Shown piece after piece: positions 48,308-60,950 of a DNA stretch of 64,000 bases. Below the pieces are notes generated by a model that searched no databases, had not been told where the DNA came from, and was given only the letters and a program-made list of their open reading frames with translations. A program made the translations under genes and the position numbers. Position 1 is the stretch's first letter; each line of letters begins with the position of its first letter. Source of the stretch: Asterias rubens (Eukaryota); assembly GCF_902459465.1 (NCBI RefSeq), contig NC_047078.1:11408001-11472000 (forward strand), given 5' to 3'.

Positions 48308-49338
48308 TGTTGTACAGAACTACACACAAGGGATAAGGAATCTTGTTAGCGGAGCTTACAGAATAAAGAACTTTCACGGGCGTAGCTATAGCATTGTTAT
48401 AAGTTTTAGTGAAAGAAGAAACCATTTCACTAAATGTTTTGAATTTTTCATTTTTTGCTGCAAATTTTGACCAAATGACCAATGTTTTTATTGTATGCAT
48501 TATGTTGGAGACACCGAATGAGGATACTGGTATATCATAATTATTTTAAGGTGAACCTTGCTTTTGGGCCGCAGGGCCTGGATTTTCTTCAGGTATTACA
48601 TTTTCAAAATTATGAAAAAAGAATTAGAAGTAATTTTCCACCGATCATTTGAACTTGATTTTAGATTTTGAGTGGCTCGAAATCAAGCATCTTAAAGCAC
48701 ACAACTTCGTGTGACAAGGGTGTTTCTCGCAACTTCGACGACCATTGAGTTTAAATTTTTACAGGTTTGTTATTTTGTGCATGTTGAGATACACCAAGTG
48801 AGAAGACTGGTCTTTGACAATACCAAAGGTTTCCATTGTCTTTATGATGTAACCATTTTGGTGTTTGGTGAAGGCGTTATCCGCTCTTGTTGTTTCTACT
48901 TCTCATAAAACAAAGACAACATAAAACAACTTCACATAAAACAAAGACACCATGCAAAGTTTTAAACCCTGCATAAAGACAACATTGTCTTGCTTTTTAA
49001 AACAACCACGGGGTGCTGCCCTCTTAACGGAAAAGAAGCCAAACTAGAAATATTTCAGTTTGAAAAATGCAATTAATATAGATAAGCTGTCTTGCCATAA
49101 ATTATGATGACATTGAAATCAGAAAATAGGATGTTATATTCACGTCCAGACACAGTTTGCCTTGAAAGAAACTCCCTCAGTTTACCCTAAACTTAAGTTT
49201 TTCAAAAGTTACCACAATTGTTGAGTAAAACCCATTTGCAATGGAACGGCCGACGTGTAAAATTCAATTTTTAAAACAGGTTAATGCAGAAAAAACACAA
49301 ACATTTTTATTATTGAATATTAACTTTAAAAGACTTAC

Positions 49339-49486
49339 CCCGTGCTGTGTTAGAGAAATTCTTGAAATCAGACTTTGAAAGCACCAGCAGAAGTGAATAA
49401 CCCGTGCACCTCAACAAGCTCTTTTTATAAGAAATTCTGAAGATGGACCCATATGGTATCTTAACCCTTAGGTACCAGCGCGTATC
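49339..49486 (-). promoter_or_regulatory. Copy A promoter and non-coding exon 1: TATAAAAA (49429-49422), Inr-like TTATTCAC (about 49400-49393), donor GG|GTAAGT at 49339/49338, upstream GATACGCG motif (49486-49479)
   Basis: TATA, then about 30 nt, then a 55-60 nt exon and a consensus donor. Matching acceptor TGTGTAG at 48320 with a GCTAAC branch-point-like motif just 5' of the ATG exon. Confidence 0.75.
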
Positions 49487-52409
49487 TCCCAATGACACAC
49501 CAATCAATTACATTTAACAATTAATTAATAATAGTTGTAAACCAAGATTAACTTTAGTTCATGCGAATCCGTTTTTTAATTAGTACGGCTGTTGGGAATG
49601 GCGTATGGTTTTGAGGCTTATGGTTTGTTTAGTGTTGATTGCATTTAGTTTATTATCGACATCGCTGGTCGCACCTAATGACTCACACTAACTGGGACAA
49701 ATTTCATAGAGCTGCTTAAAGGAACTGCATACTAAAATGCACTGCATCCTACAATGTGTCAACTACATTGCCCTGCATGTATTGACTCACTTTTTCTCTA
49801 TTGTCTAACTTAATAAATGAAGACTCATAGACACTATTGGCAAATGTCAAAACCAGTCTTCTCACTTGGTGTTTCTTATTATATACGCACACAGGATAAC
49901 ACGCCTGTGAAAATTTGAACTCATTTGGTCGTCGAAGTTGCGAGGTACTAGGCTTATGGAAGAAAGAAAAAAACACTTTTCACACAAAGTTTTGTGCTTT
50001 CAGATGCTTGATTTCGGGACCTTCAAAATCAAATTTGTTGAAAATTATTCTTTCTCGAAAACGACGTCAATTCAGAGGGTTTCTCTCACAATGTTTCTTT
50101 TACTATTAACATCTTTCCATTGACCGCTAAAAAGTACGTTTTTATGCTAACAATTATTTTGAGCAATTACCAATAGTGTCCAGTGCCCTCCCTTTGTTCA
50201 TGCCAAACGCATGCATAGAGACTTTACTATGGACGGTGATACGCGCTTTAAAAGAGTTGTTCACTCGGCCTCGTTTCCGTGCATCCGGGAATGAAACGAA
50301 ACATGACAAATCAAGGTTACTGCAATCTGACTTTGAAGTCATTAAAATCTGATAAGTTTCAATGACTTCATGCGTGGGAAGTTCTTGAGGAATTTTCATA
50401 GGTTAGGAGGGTTTGTTAATATCCTTTTTGTCGAACAAGTTTGTTATCCAACTGTCCAGATATTGCGTGATATATTAAGTTTATCTGCTGGCTCATTTAA
50501 TTAGGTTTTATTTAATTATGTCATTTTCCATCGACAATCATACTGATTTGTATACATTTCTTTGAAACTAAATTCGAGCAAAATTTCCATTTTAGATTAT
50601 TACTTTTTATTTTTTGTATATATGAATGGTTCAAGTCTACCGGGACCCGGAAACAATTATGAGTTTAATTCCCCTTGAAATAAATCACATCGTGGAATGT
50701 CAAAACATTAATATTGCAAATCAATTGAACTGTCAGGGATTGCGGCTGCGGTAATTTGTTCTCCGGAGAGGTACTTCATGAGGTGTAAATCGTTTTATAA
50801 TGTTTTCGGTAGTCGAATCAAGCTTGAAATCAAGCATGACTTATAAGTGAACCAAATCACTGTGGCTAATTCCTGTTCACACATCACTATTTCCCCGTGG
50901 TTGCCCTGGGGTTGGCCTTTTCACACCATGATCGGCTTTATTCCTGTCTGCTTTCGGTATGCCCCGAATGGACATACCCCGGGAATAGCTACCCCTGCTC
51001 TAGAGTAGTGGTATAGCCAGTGAAACCGCTAGTGATTTTTGCAACCGGAACCCGTGTCGATGGAAAAACCCGTGACACAGTGTGAAAGTGTGGCGGGATA
51101 ACCGTGGGGTAAAACAAGTTCCGGGGTCCCGGGGTTGTATTCCACGGGATGAGGGATACAGTGTGACAAGGGCTTTGTGGACAAATGGCTCTTGCAATGT
51201 GATCCAGAAGCACCAATGTTAACCTTTACTATATTATTAAACCATTCTTAATGTCCGTGGTTATTTTACAAGCACTGCTAATGCTGGTACACGCGACCTA
51301 AGGTTAATGTCCCATTCGAAGGACACAGCAATTATGGCAAGCATCTTGCTCAACGATACCTTGCCATACCACCCCTGGGATTCGAACCCATACTCTGCTG
51401 AGCCACATATTAAGGATGTGCTTAAGCAGTAAATAAAATTTCTTAACAATTTTTATTGTCTGCTAAGCAGAAATGAGCAGGGTATCAGTCACAATTTGTA
51501 CACATAATATGACATGGTAGTTCTGATGGTAACCCTATTTTTGGGGTGGGTGAGCATACATTTGTAGTGCTTAGCTACTTGGTGTGCTTAAGCAGCTCCA
51601 CGAAATCCGGCCCTGGACAGAATCTCCAGAGTTTATATACGGTACTCTTCATCGCTCGGACACGACACGCAACATAAGTTACACAAAACTGAAAGATACA
51701 AATTTAATCAAAATATAAATATTTTTTTATATAAATGAAATGACAGAAAATGAGAAATCCGTGGAATTTTAGTGTTGTATATCACCTCCAGAAGATTGAA
51801 CCAACTTTGCAAATATTTTGACACTGGCCATTATTCATTATTAGTGCGTTAATTGCAAGTGACGATTTCCTTGGGTGATTATTGCTAATTAATTAACTAC
51901 TTGGAGTGATCAATTGATGAAAGTTGCAGGGTTCCAGATGGGCGTGATGTCCTTGTATTCTGAATATAAAGAATGGGTGGACTTCATAACCATTATTTTA
52001 TTGTCAAGTCTATTGTAGAGGCAAGGTCCCGGTTCTATTCTAGGTAAGTTTTCGCTGATTCATCGTTTCACTAAAATTTATCGTTGACAAAACTTCATTC
52101 CGTTTGGTTGTAATGCATTTGCAAAGTAGTCTTAATTCACACATTAATTTACTTATTTACTTATTTATTTATCTGCCTATTTTTGTGGGGACTTGGACAA
52201 CCAAACTTTGACTAGTTAGTGATTTGAACCAACGACCTCTGATTGAATTTGCCGGCACAAGCAAGTTGCTTGGCCGTGTTTATGCTCGCTCAGCCCCATT
52301 CGCATCAGCGTGGTTAAACAGGATTGATCTCTAGTTGTGCTCTTTGTTATGCGTTGATGTAGCTGGCTTCAAAAAGACTGCTTCAATGCCTGCAGCAATA
52401 CGCAATGGA

Positions 52410-52631
52410 TGCGTTCGATTAGCTTCCCTGGGTCCTGCCTCCGGGTACGTTCAAATAGCTTCCACGTCACCAAAGGGGCTCACCCGGGTCAGCCCCAAGT
52501 GGCCTGCTTGTGGAGTGGGTCACTTGTGAAGCTGTCACCATGAGAGGGGGAGTGATCGTTCGAATAGCTCTTGTCAGGGGCTCACCGGAGTGAGCACCGT
52601 GGGGTCGACCCAGGGAAGCTAATCGAACGCA
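52410..52631. mobile_element. GC-rich MITE-like element with a perfect TIR of about 25 bp (TGCGTTCGATTAGCTTCCCTGGGTC)
   Basis: Inverted repeats directly visible; TSD unclear. Confidence 0.6.
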
Positions 52632-52969
52632 CCCACTGTATCCGCCCTTAGACCGGTCCCCAATGATTTCATTGCATACACTGGTTTTATTGGATACAAA
52701 GGTTTAAATGCACTGGACACTATTGGTAATTACTCAAAATAATTGTGAGCATGAAAACTTAATTACTTGGTAACGATAATGGATAGCTGTTACGATCTTT
52801 CGATCGTCTACATACACTGTATGCATTATATTATTTTGTACATGTCAGTTTCTAATGTTTATACATCAGAAGGAATTGACTGCAAATATCCGTGTGAAAT
52901 GGATGTGAGGGTCAAAGGTACATCGGGACCAGTTTTTTTTTATGAAGTTTTCAACACATTACGGTTTAA

Positions 52970-53326
52970 AGGCAGTGGACACTATCGGTTATTACTCAAA
53001 ATAATTGTTAGCATAAAACCTTATGATGAAGAGTAATGGGGAGCAAAACATTGTGAGAAACGGCTCCCTCTGAAGTGACATAGTTTTTGAGAAAGAAGTA
53101 ATTTTCCACGAATTTGATTTCGAGACCTCAGATTTAGAACTTGAGGTATCGAAATCAACCATCTAAACACACACAAGTTCGTGTGACAAGGTTTTTTCTT
53201 CTTTCATTATTATCTCGCAACTTCGACGACCAATTGAGCTCGAATTTTCACAGATTTGTTATTTTATGTATATGTTGAGATTGACCACGTGAGAACACTG
53301 GTTTTTACCAATAGTGTCCAGTGTCT
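52970..53326 (+). mobile_element. About 360-380 bp TTAA-flanked MITE (Kolobok/T2-like), complete copy
   Basis: TTAA|AGGCAGTGGACACTAT...ATAGTGTCCAGTGTCT|TTAA. TTAA TSD with AG...CT ends fits Kolobok rather than piggyBac (CCY ends). Confidence 0.8.
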
Positions 53327-54677
53327 TTAAAGTAAAACTAACTTTACTGTGCTGTGGTTGTGAACATACTCCAGGATAAAGCCCGGTTCATACTTCCTGC
53401 GAATGCGATTAACATTTGACGTTTCATGGCTGTTTCGCATCGAGTGATTCGCATCAGTTGAACAGTTCAACCGATGCGAATTATTCGTTACGAATTTGTG
53501 ACTTCAAAGATCGTTTTGCATTCGCATATATGAAGTATGAACCGGACGTTACTTGTGGAAAGGTTTTATCCATGAAGGTTAAACCATTGGGGGAAAGTTG
53601 CGGACTGGTTTGTATCAAAGGCCGGTGTTTGCCAAATACAAATCCCAATTTATCCGCAAAATGTCGGCAAACTCTTTTCTGAGCAGTCTTCTATGATTTG
53701 ACAAACTGATAAGGGCAAAATTCCATGGCTCTGCTTACACAAAATTAGGTGCTAACGGTTCCTGTAAAACACACAATTTTATTGGCTGTTAGCACAGAGT
53801 TCCACGGTAAGCAGAGCGGTGAAATTGGACAAAGATTTCATAGCAATGTGCACGTCTTCTGAGTATTCTGCTTTTGCCTGTCCAAGGGTATAGGAATTTG
53901 TTGCTTATTACCAAACGCGATTAAGTCAATCGAAAACTTGCTAAAAAACCGGTGGGTAATTTTTTTTGACCCAACCTTTTTTACACATAATAAAGAGACT
54001 CATAAACCAAGTTCATATGCTCATAATTCATTTATTTTATTTTATTTTTTACTCATTTAAAGGAAGAAACAGGGACAAACTTTGTCGAGAGTTGTTATCT
54101 TCATGAAATCTTAGTCTTAAGGTTTTGTTGATGTGTTTTTTAAAAACAGTGACATCGGAAAAGTTTGCAAATAGCTGAAAACATGTTATTATGTTTTCCT
54201 GTTCATACGACAGATGATGAAAACAAAATTCACCTGGGTTGTGATTTACCCAAGGAGTGTGAACATCTTAGACGTTTCCGATGCCAATGTGAAAACAGGG
54301 TTAAAGACCCCAAAATAACTTTGGTCAAAGGGTAACACTAGACTTTGTCATATAAACTTACGTTCTTCTGTTTTTGATCACACATTAAGATCTGATATAG
54401 GATTGCATAATTCATCATCTGATATTTCTGAGATTTTTAATTGTTTTAATTTACACAAGATTCGTTCTTTCTTTAGTTCATTTACAACTTGTTTACATAA
54501 ATACCCATTCAGTAGTATTTTGGGGTCGAGCTCATGTCGCTCTTGGCTAATTAGTAGTCATTTTGTTTTGGTGCATAACACATTATTTGGCATTAGTTTA
54601 CAAGTTAGACACTAAAATATATAACATTGCTTGTTGGGAATTGTAGGGTCCAGTCATCGTAGTGGTGCACTGTTTGT

Positions 54678-56227
54678 TTAGTTGCAGACGAGGTATCGGT
54701 TATTGTTATCGAAGCTCAGCCGCTTGTCACAGACGCATTGTTGGCCGTATCTGTCGCACGCTGGATGTTGAGAAAATAAAATAACAGGAAATAAGAAAGT
54801 GTACAAATTGGGTTTTTACTTCTCATGCAGGTTTTCACCAAAGATCCATGGGTAAAGGGAACGTATGATTTGACCCACTCTGCGAAAATGAGTCAGATGT
54901 CGCCAAATGCATTATTAAGTAATGGACAGTTAGTGTGGAAAACATCCACATTTTATATTTGCATGGTAAACCTTTAAAACACTTTTTAGGCACTAAAGCT
55001 ATAAAAACAACAATTTTGTAATCATGCTTTAGTCTAATTTGTATCCTTTTGTGGAAAATAGTAGTTTAAATCATCACTTTACTTGTGATTCATTTTTTAC
55101 AAAAAATGATATACTGGCTAGTTTCAAATGGGAGTAACTCAGCAACGCGATACATCCCAAAGCCTTTACCAAATAACTGCAGCTTGTGCGTTCTTTCAAG
55201 CCTTGCATATTAAAAAAAAAAAACAGTTGTCAACATCTGGCTCGTTTTGACAGAGCGGGTCACATTTGCAGCAACCCTATTTTTGAGCATTTATTTTAAA
55301 AGACGTTTTTGAGCTATCGCCAATAGCATTTTTGTCAACACAGAAAGTGCCATCTGTAAAAAAAAAAAAATGAGAAACGTTTCGAGCAAAACCATTTCTC
55401 TGATTCAAGTTTTGCTGGATACAAACTTGTACTTTTTTGTATGAACACAAACAATTAAAGTGAAATGATTCTAAAAAAAAGAAAGATTAGTTCTATCTAA
55501 GCAATTATGTGAAGCGCATTGATACGGTTTATTGTGGAACGCACTTATTAAGGATTTGTTTGTTATTAAATGGTTAACTCTGTTCCAGCTGTAGTGGTAG
55601 GTGGCAGTGTGCCTTTGTTGGCAGTTGATTCGGGTCAACAGCCCAATTCAGATAAAGCATTGCACACGTTTGGCAATATTGTCAAATACAAGTATTCTCA
55701 CTTGGCGTATCCCATTATGTGCTAGTGTAACAAATCTGTGACAATTTGGACTCGATTAGACGTCGAAGTTCCAAGAGAAAAATTAAATAGTACCTTGTCG
55801 GCAGATAGGTGCGCTATTTATAAGACTTCGATATTATTATTAATAGTAGGGAGGTTTCGCATGCGAACGGATACGGTTAGTGCGACGGATACGTCATCAT
55901 TATGACGTCATACGCTACTCGCTATCCGCTTTACGTGCGGACGACACTGATATCCTGCTTGCTACACGTAAGTAGGTTACGGATAGCTAAACGTTTGTGT
56001 ATGCGTATCCGTTCGCATGAGAAACTTTCCCTAAGATTCGATATTGTTAACTTACTTTCCATGTCGTCTTTTGTGAGTGGTCCCATCTTTCCCCTGCCCC
56101 TGTTTCGTCCTTTGCCTCTCTTGACGAACTCCATCAGGTCGTCCACGGCGTATTCTTCTTCCTCAGCGAAGACGAAGGCAGTCAGGACGGCCAGAGCCAT
56201 CACGGCGAGGAAAATCTTGGATGCCAT
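54678..56227 (-). CDS. CrAMP-like cysteine-rich cationic prepropeptide, copy B (exons 56227-56056 and 54760-54678; 84 aa): MASKIFLAVMALAVLTAFVFA / EEEEYAVDDLMEFVKR / GKGRNRGRGKMGPLTKDDMETCDRYGQQCVCDKRLSFDNNNRYLVCN
   Basis: Clear paralogue of copy A with an identical intron position and phase (after DDME+1 nt). GTAAGT donor at 56055, CATCCAG acceptor at 54761, same Cys framework. Confidence 0.88.
55849..56031. mobile_element. TA-flanked palindromic MITE, 24 bp from the CrAMP-B intron-2 donor
   Basis: TIR GGGAGGTTTCGCATGCGAACGGATACG / CGTATCCGTTCGCATGAGAAACTTTCCC; TA on both sides. Confidence 0.65.
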
Positions 56228-56422
56228 TTTAGATTTTGTTTGTTTTCTGGAAGTAAAACACAAACGAGTGAATTGATAGTTTGACATTTTTGCATCAAGA
56301 ATAATTAAGTATAGTAGTTTGGTTGTATACCTTTTATATCGATGTGTGTTAACACTGGATATAATTATAGTCTAAGGTTATTTTCAGATAAGGGAAACCG
56401 GACTTTGTAACAGTTCGTTTAA

Positions 56423-56803
56423 AGGCAGTGGACACTATTGGTAATTGTCAAAGACTAGCCTTCACAGTTGGTGTATCTCAACATATGCATAAAATAACAA
56501 ACCTGTCAAAATTTGAACTCAATCGGTCATCAAAGTTGCGAGATAATAATGAAAGAAGAAAACACCCTTGTCACACGAAGTTGTGTGTGTTTATAGATGG
56601 TTGATTTCGAGACCTCCAGTTCTAAATTTGAGGTGTCGAAATCAAATTCGTGGAAAATTACTTCTTTCTCCAAAACTATGGCACTTCAGAGGGAGCTGTT
56701 TCTCACAATGTTTTATACCATCAACCTCTCCCCATTACTCGTCACCAAAAAAGGTTTCATGCGAATAATTATTTTGAGTAACTATCAATAGTGTCCACTG
56801 CCT
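56423..56803 (-). mobile_element. Kolobok/T2-like MITE, complete copy, in CrAMP-B intron 1
   Basis: TTAA at 56419-56422 and 56804-56807; TIR AGGCAGTGGACACTATTG. Confidence 0.82.
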
Positions 56804-58133
56804 TTAAACACAGTCGGTTGGTTTCAAATCGAAGAAGAGTTTGTGAGAGATTGTCCCACAATGCTTTCGCAAAGCTTCTTTTATTTTGGTTTAACGGGTT
56901 TGTGTTTGCTTTTTTCAATGTTAGGCAAAACTACTGCCCCTACAATTAAATTCTGATTTTTGTTTTGTACCGTTGCCTGACAATTCTTTACCTTTACATT
57001 TTAGGCAAAATGAGAACCTGCGAATTCATACACAAAAACATTCCAAAAAATTCGAATTGTGATCATCGATCATCTTTAATCGTTACATTTTCTCTACCTG
57101 TTCATCGTTCAGAAATAACGTCTTTTTGTCATAAAAACACCACGTATAGTGTCATAACAACACGATATGAAGCTGAAATTAAAGCTCGCAAGCCTCCGTT
57201 TCAACATTTAATGAGAACACACAGGTTAGCTTGAACAATGATCTGTAAATCTACAGCAACAATATCTACATGTGATTATTGCACGCACTTTCATGAAACT
57301 AATATTAAATGCCGCAACTAATAAGCAACGGTAGTATTGAAGCCTTTACAAGCTGTTTCTGGACTTTGACTGCAATTATTTCTCCAAAGGTTTAGTACAT
57401 GTTCAGAATAAAAAGTTCAAATTTTGTTCGGCAAAAACCAAATATTTATGGTACGCAGTCCATGACAATAAACTGCACACAGACGGTCCATTCTAAACGA
57501 AACTATGCCTTACAAACTGTTGAAAGTTCAGTGTACATTTTTGTTTCCATTTTTCGGCAAAAGCCTGCAATTGTATGATGTGCTGACCATAAACTGAACA
57601 AAGACTGTAAGTTCTAAACGAAAGTTCCTCAAAATGACAGTATACAATTTGCAGAGTACATTGCAAAAGTATTTAACAATAAAGGCAATATTATCAGAAT
57701 GTCCTACATTTAAGGAACATCAATTTAGCAATCAAAAATGAAAACTGATTGGGAATTTTTTTTTAAACGATCTTTGGTTGAACAAAGAATCCTTGTGAAG
57801 CGACATTGGCAACGATACTGATAAAGTAAGGAGAATCTTAACATGCAGTCAATTTCATAGAACTAGACAGCCCAAGGGCATAGCACAGACATATTAGGCC
57901 AGAGATAGCAGGTTCAAATCCCGCTCTAGTCATTGTTTCAGGATACAACTCAACATGTTTTATTCAGTTGTCTACAATTTGTATGAAGTGCTAACAGTTG
58001 AGTTTTAAACTGGCAATGTGCTTCTTGACAACACGAAGTGGATGGTTTTGTTTAGATTGCAAATAACACCGTAGCTTCAAGTAAAGATTGTATGTTAACA
58101 ATCGGAATGAAATAGAAAAGTGTATGTACTCAC

Positions 58134-58281
58134 CGATGCTGTACTTGGAGGAAAAGTCGATGTTGCTTTGGGTAGACGAGTGGAGAAGATGATTTCTTGT
58201 AGTCCAAAGGGTCCTCTTATATAGAGTTTCGATGCTCCGAAACATCTGGTAGCACCAGAATCATGTGAAGTAACGCGTATC
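58134..58281 (-). promoter_or_regulatory. Copy B promoter and non-coding exon 1: TATATAA (58223-58217), about 60-nt exon, donor CG|GTGAGT at 58134/58133, upstream GATACGCG motif (58281-58274)
   Basis: Same architecture as copy A. The exon end ACAGCATCG|gt resembles ACAGCACGGG|gt in copy A. Acceptor TTACTTCCAG lies about 20 nt upstream of the ATG at 56227. Confidence 0.75.
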
Positions 58282-58744
58282 GAACACTGCTGGGAACAAA
58301 CCACCATTTCAAATAATAACTTCAACTTCACCGTCCATGCGGAGAGCTTATTTTATTAGCGTTTGTTATTTAATTTAGATGGTGTAGTTATGACGGGGAG
58401 TATATGAAATGTATGTCAGATGTAGACTTCTGAAGAGTTGATCCTTTCTTGTCTGATGATTACTATCTATTTTTGAAGCGTGTCCAGGAGCGTAACCATT
58501 TATTTATAAACTTCACAATCCCTAGACCGAATATGACATGTTATTACCTTTTTTTTGTATACGATTTTAGGTATAACAGATGTACATATAGACTTTATCG
58601 CAAATACCAATGCGCACGCGCAGACTGTTGAATGAGGTGCATTGTGGGATATATATGGATCAAATTTGGATACCAGCAAGACCACAATGCACCTAATTCT
58701 TAGCTGTACGCGCGCGCCCCGGTATTTGCGAAAAGGTCTATTAA

Positions 58745-59509
58745 AGGCACTGGGCACCTTTGGTAGTTGTCAAAGACTAGTATCCTCCCTTGATTATGTA
58801 CAGGCCTATCGCAACATATGCAATAATAACAAATCTGTGAAAACTGAGACTCAATTGGTCATCGAAGTCGCAAGAGAATAATGAAAAAAGTGTAAGTTGC
58901 AAAACTAAAGATGCCCAAAGAAGGCGTCAGGTTTGAGGTTTTGCATAAGATTCAACTTTCTCAGTGAAAAATTACCTCAGTGAGAAATTACTTCAGAGGG
59001 AGCCGTTTTTTAAAGTGATGTTTGCCATCAACAGCTCTCCGTTGAACAATATCAAGCCAGTTTTATGCTAACAGTGTTTTTGAGTATTTGTTTACCACAA
59101 GTATCCTGTGCATTTAACAGTACGAAAATTCAAGTTTTAAAGGGGAATACCTCTCGTTTTTTGAACCGTCTCAGTTGACTGTTTTAATCCGACTAAATAC
59201 ACATTAAAGACAATGGAAACTATTGGTAATTGTCAAAGACAAGTCTTCTCACTTGGTGTATCTCGACATATTGCATAAAATGAAAGTTTGAAGTCAGTTG
59301 GTCATCGAAGTTGTCGAGACCTCAAATTCTAAACTTGAGGTCTCGAAATCAAATTCATGGAAAATTACTTCTTTCTCGAAAACTACGTCACTAATAGAGG
59401 GAGCCGTTTCTCACAATGTTTTATACTACCAACCTCTCCCCATTACTCGATACCTAGTAAGGTTTTATGCTAAACTATTTTGAGTAATTACGAATAGTGT
59501 CAACTGGCT
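58745..59509 (-). mobile_element. Two adjacent Kolobok/T2-like MITEs (58745-59113 and 59208-59509). Further partial copies lie at about 1470-1644, 3727-3845, 8165-8476, 9185-9480, 13930-14252, 16760-17125, 27640-27800, 34490-34873, 40490-40600, 48440-48830, 49825-50188 and 52705-52790
   Basis: TTAA flanks and shared internal sequence recognisable in each copy. Ends of the partial copies are approximate. Confidence 0.7.
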
Positions 59510-60910
59510 TTAATTGAAATGCACAATTTATAACGGGTTTCTCATAATGACAATAAAGGATGACAAGGGGTGTCGACCGCGAAGGTCCCAGTTCGAATCC
59601 CACCCATGGCTGTTGTAACTTATTGTATGAGCTTTTCAAAAGTATGTTAACTTCCTGCGTCTAAAACCAATTCGTACTCGTTGGCTACTATCATATGTAC
59701 ACGTAATGACAAATTCGAAAGCAGTATCGATAAATATATTTGGTTGTTTCTTCACTCTTGCACACCGATAAGCACTGTGTACTTTCCCGGGCTCTATGAA
59801 AACAAATGAACAGACAACACTCGTTTGGATTCAAACCCAACAATCTGTATAGTTTATTCCTTGAGCATACGTTTAACCTATTGTTACTGAAGTTTGTTAT
59901 TTGCTTGTCTCAAACCAAAGTCTACACCCTCTCCCAATCTTTTGTTTTGTCCTTCGTGTTCCCAGCCGCCTTTTGGTTAATCGTCCCCTATCCTTCACCA
60001 CTGTTTGGTTTGTTTCGTTTTTCTGTGTGCTTCCGCCTATCGCCCTTTCGGGTATTTTGTAGTGTTGACTTGGCTGATTTCATTCCATATAGTAGATACA
60101 TATAATTATATGTGTGTTGTGTTTTGTTACAAGTAGGGTTCTAAACTGTAGGCCTATAACATCTATTTTGAGTAATGTTTGTTCTGAAAAGAACCGGTGG
60201 CTAACAACTCAATAATAATGTGAGTCGTTATGACCAGACCAAACTAATTCAGAAGAGAAATTCGCATGGGCATTACCACAATCCTTTCTCCCGGTACTTC
60301 CTGCGAATGCAATTGTAAAGCGAATTTTTACGTCATAGCACTTTCTTTGCTGCGAATTTTTCGCAGGAGCTGAGCATATGTTCAACTGTTGCGAAGTATT
60401 CGTTGCGAAACTGTTAGGGTAGAGATTGATACTATGATGAACAAAAATCGCCAGGTGGCTTCCAATGTAACTTGATACTCGTATTTGAGAACCGTTATAT
60501 AGCGCGCCACCATGCGTCTGCAAGAAGACATTTTATTGGTTCATTAGAAAGAAAATGACACTAATTGTACGCAACGTTCTCTTCATGTTCATATTCAGTT
60601 TATGTTACCGCTGGAGGCAGAGGGAAGGGGGGGGGGGTAGTACCATTGGCTCATATATCTTAATTAATTTGATAAATAAACAAATTTATAAAAGGAATGG
60701 TTCTGTACACTCTTGCTTCCAACAATATGTTTGCCTGCGAAAAGGCTGTTAAAAATTGTTGAACTCACTGTTTCAGTCACAGCAAAGACAAGGTTACACA
60801 GCCGATTTGCATAAAGGAAGTTTTTTTTATATAGAAGAGTTTGCGGTAACACCATGTAATGACTGTCTCTAAATGAGTTGGGGTGGTTCTGAAAAGGACC
60901 GTTGGATTAA

Positions 60911-60950
60911 CTCGACGTTTCGATCAGTATGCTCTGATCGTCTTCTGGAG
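60911..60950 (-). ncRNA. Second hammerhead-like copy (core CAGAAGA, probably inactive). A third, decayed copy lies at about 63490-63530 (+)
   Basis: Same repeat family (flank GGTTCTGAAAAG(A/G)ACCG). Helix II GAUCAG/CUGAUC keeps its pairing despite substitutions relative to the 3655-3696 copy. Confidence 0.4.

Noticed and set aside
55931-56287. The 118-aa ORF as the full CrAMP-B product (MSNYQ... start, ...KQDISVVRT end)
   Set aside because: The upstream ATG lies in intron 1 (acceptor about 20 nt before 56227), and the C-terminal part reads through the GTAAGT donor into a MITE. The spliced 84-aa model fits the paralogues.
59142-59151. NF-kB-like site GGGGAATACC upstream of CrAMP-B
   Set aside because: One mismatch to GGGRNNYYCC, lies between two MITEs, and has no counterpart at copy A; too weak.
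9100-59483. Recurrent short ORFs with [20 protein letters not shown] / EGAVSHNV motifs that look like a protein family
   Set aside because: All fall within copies of the TTAA MITE; frames and stops are inconsistent between copies.
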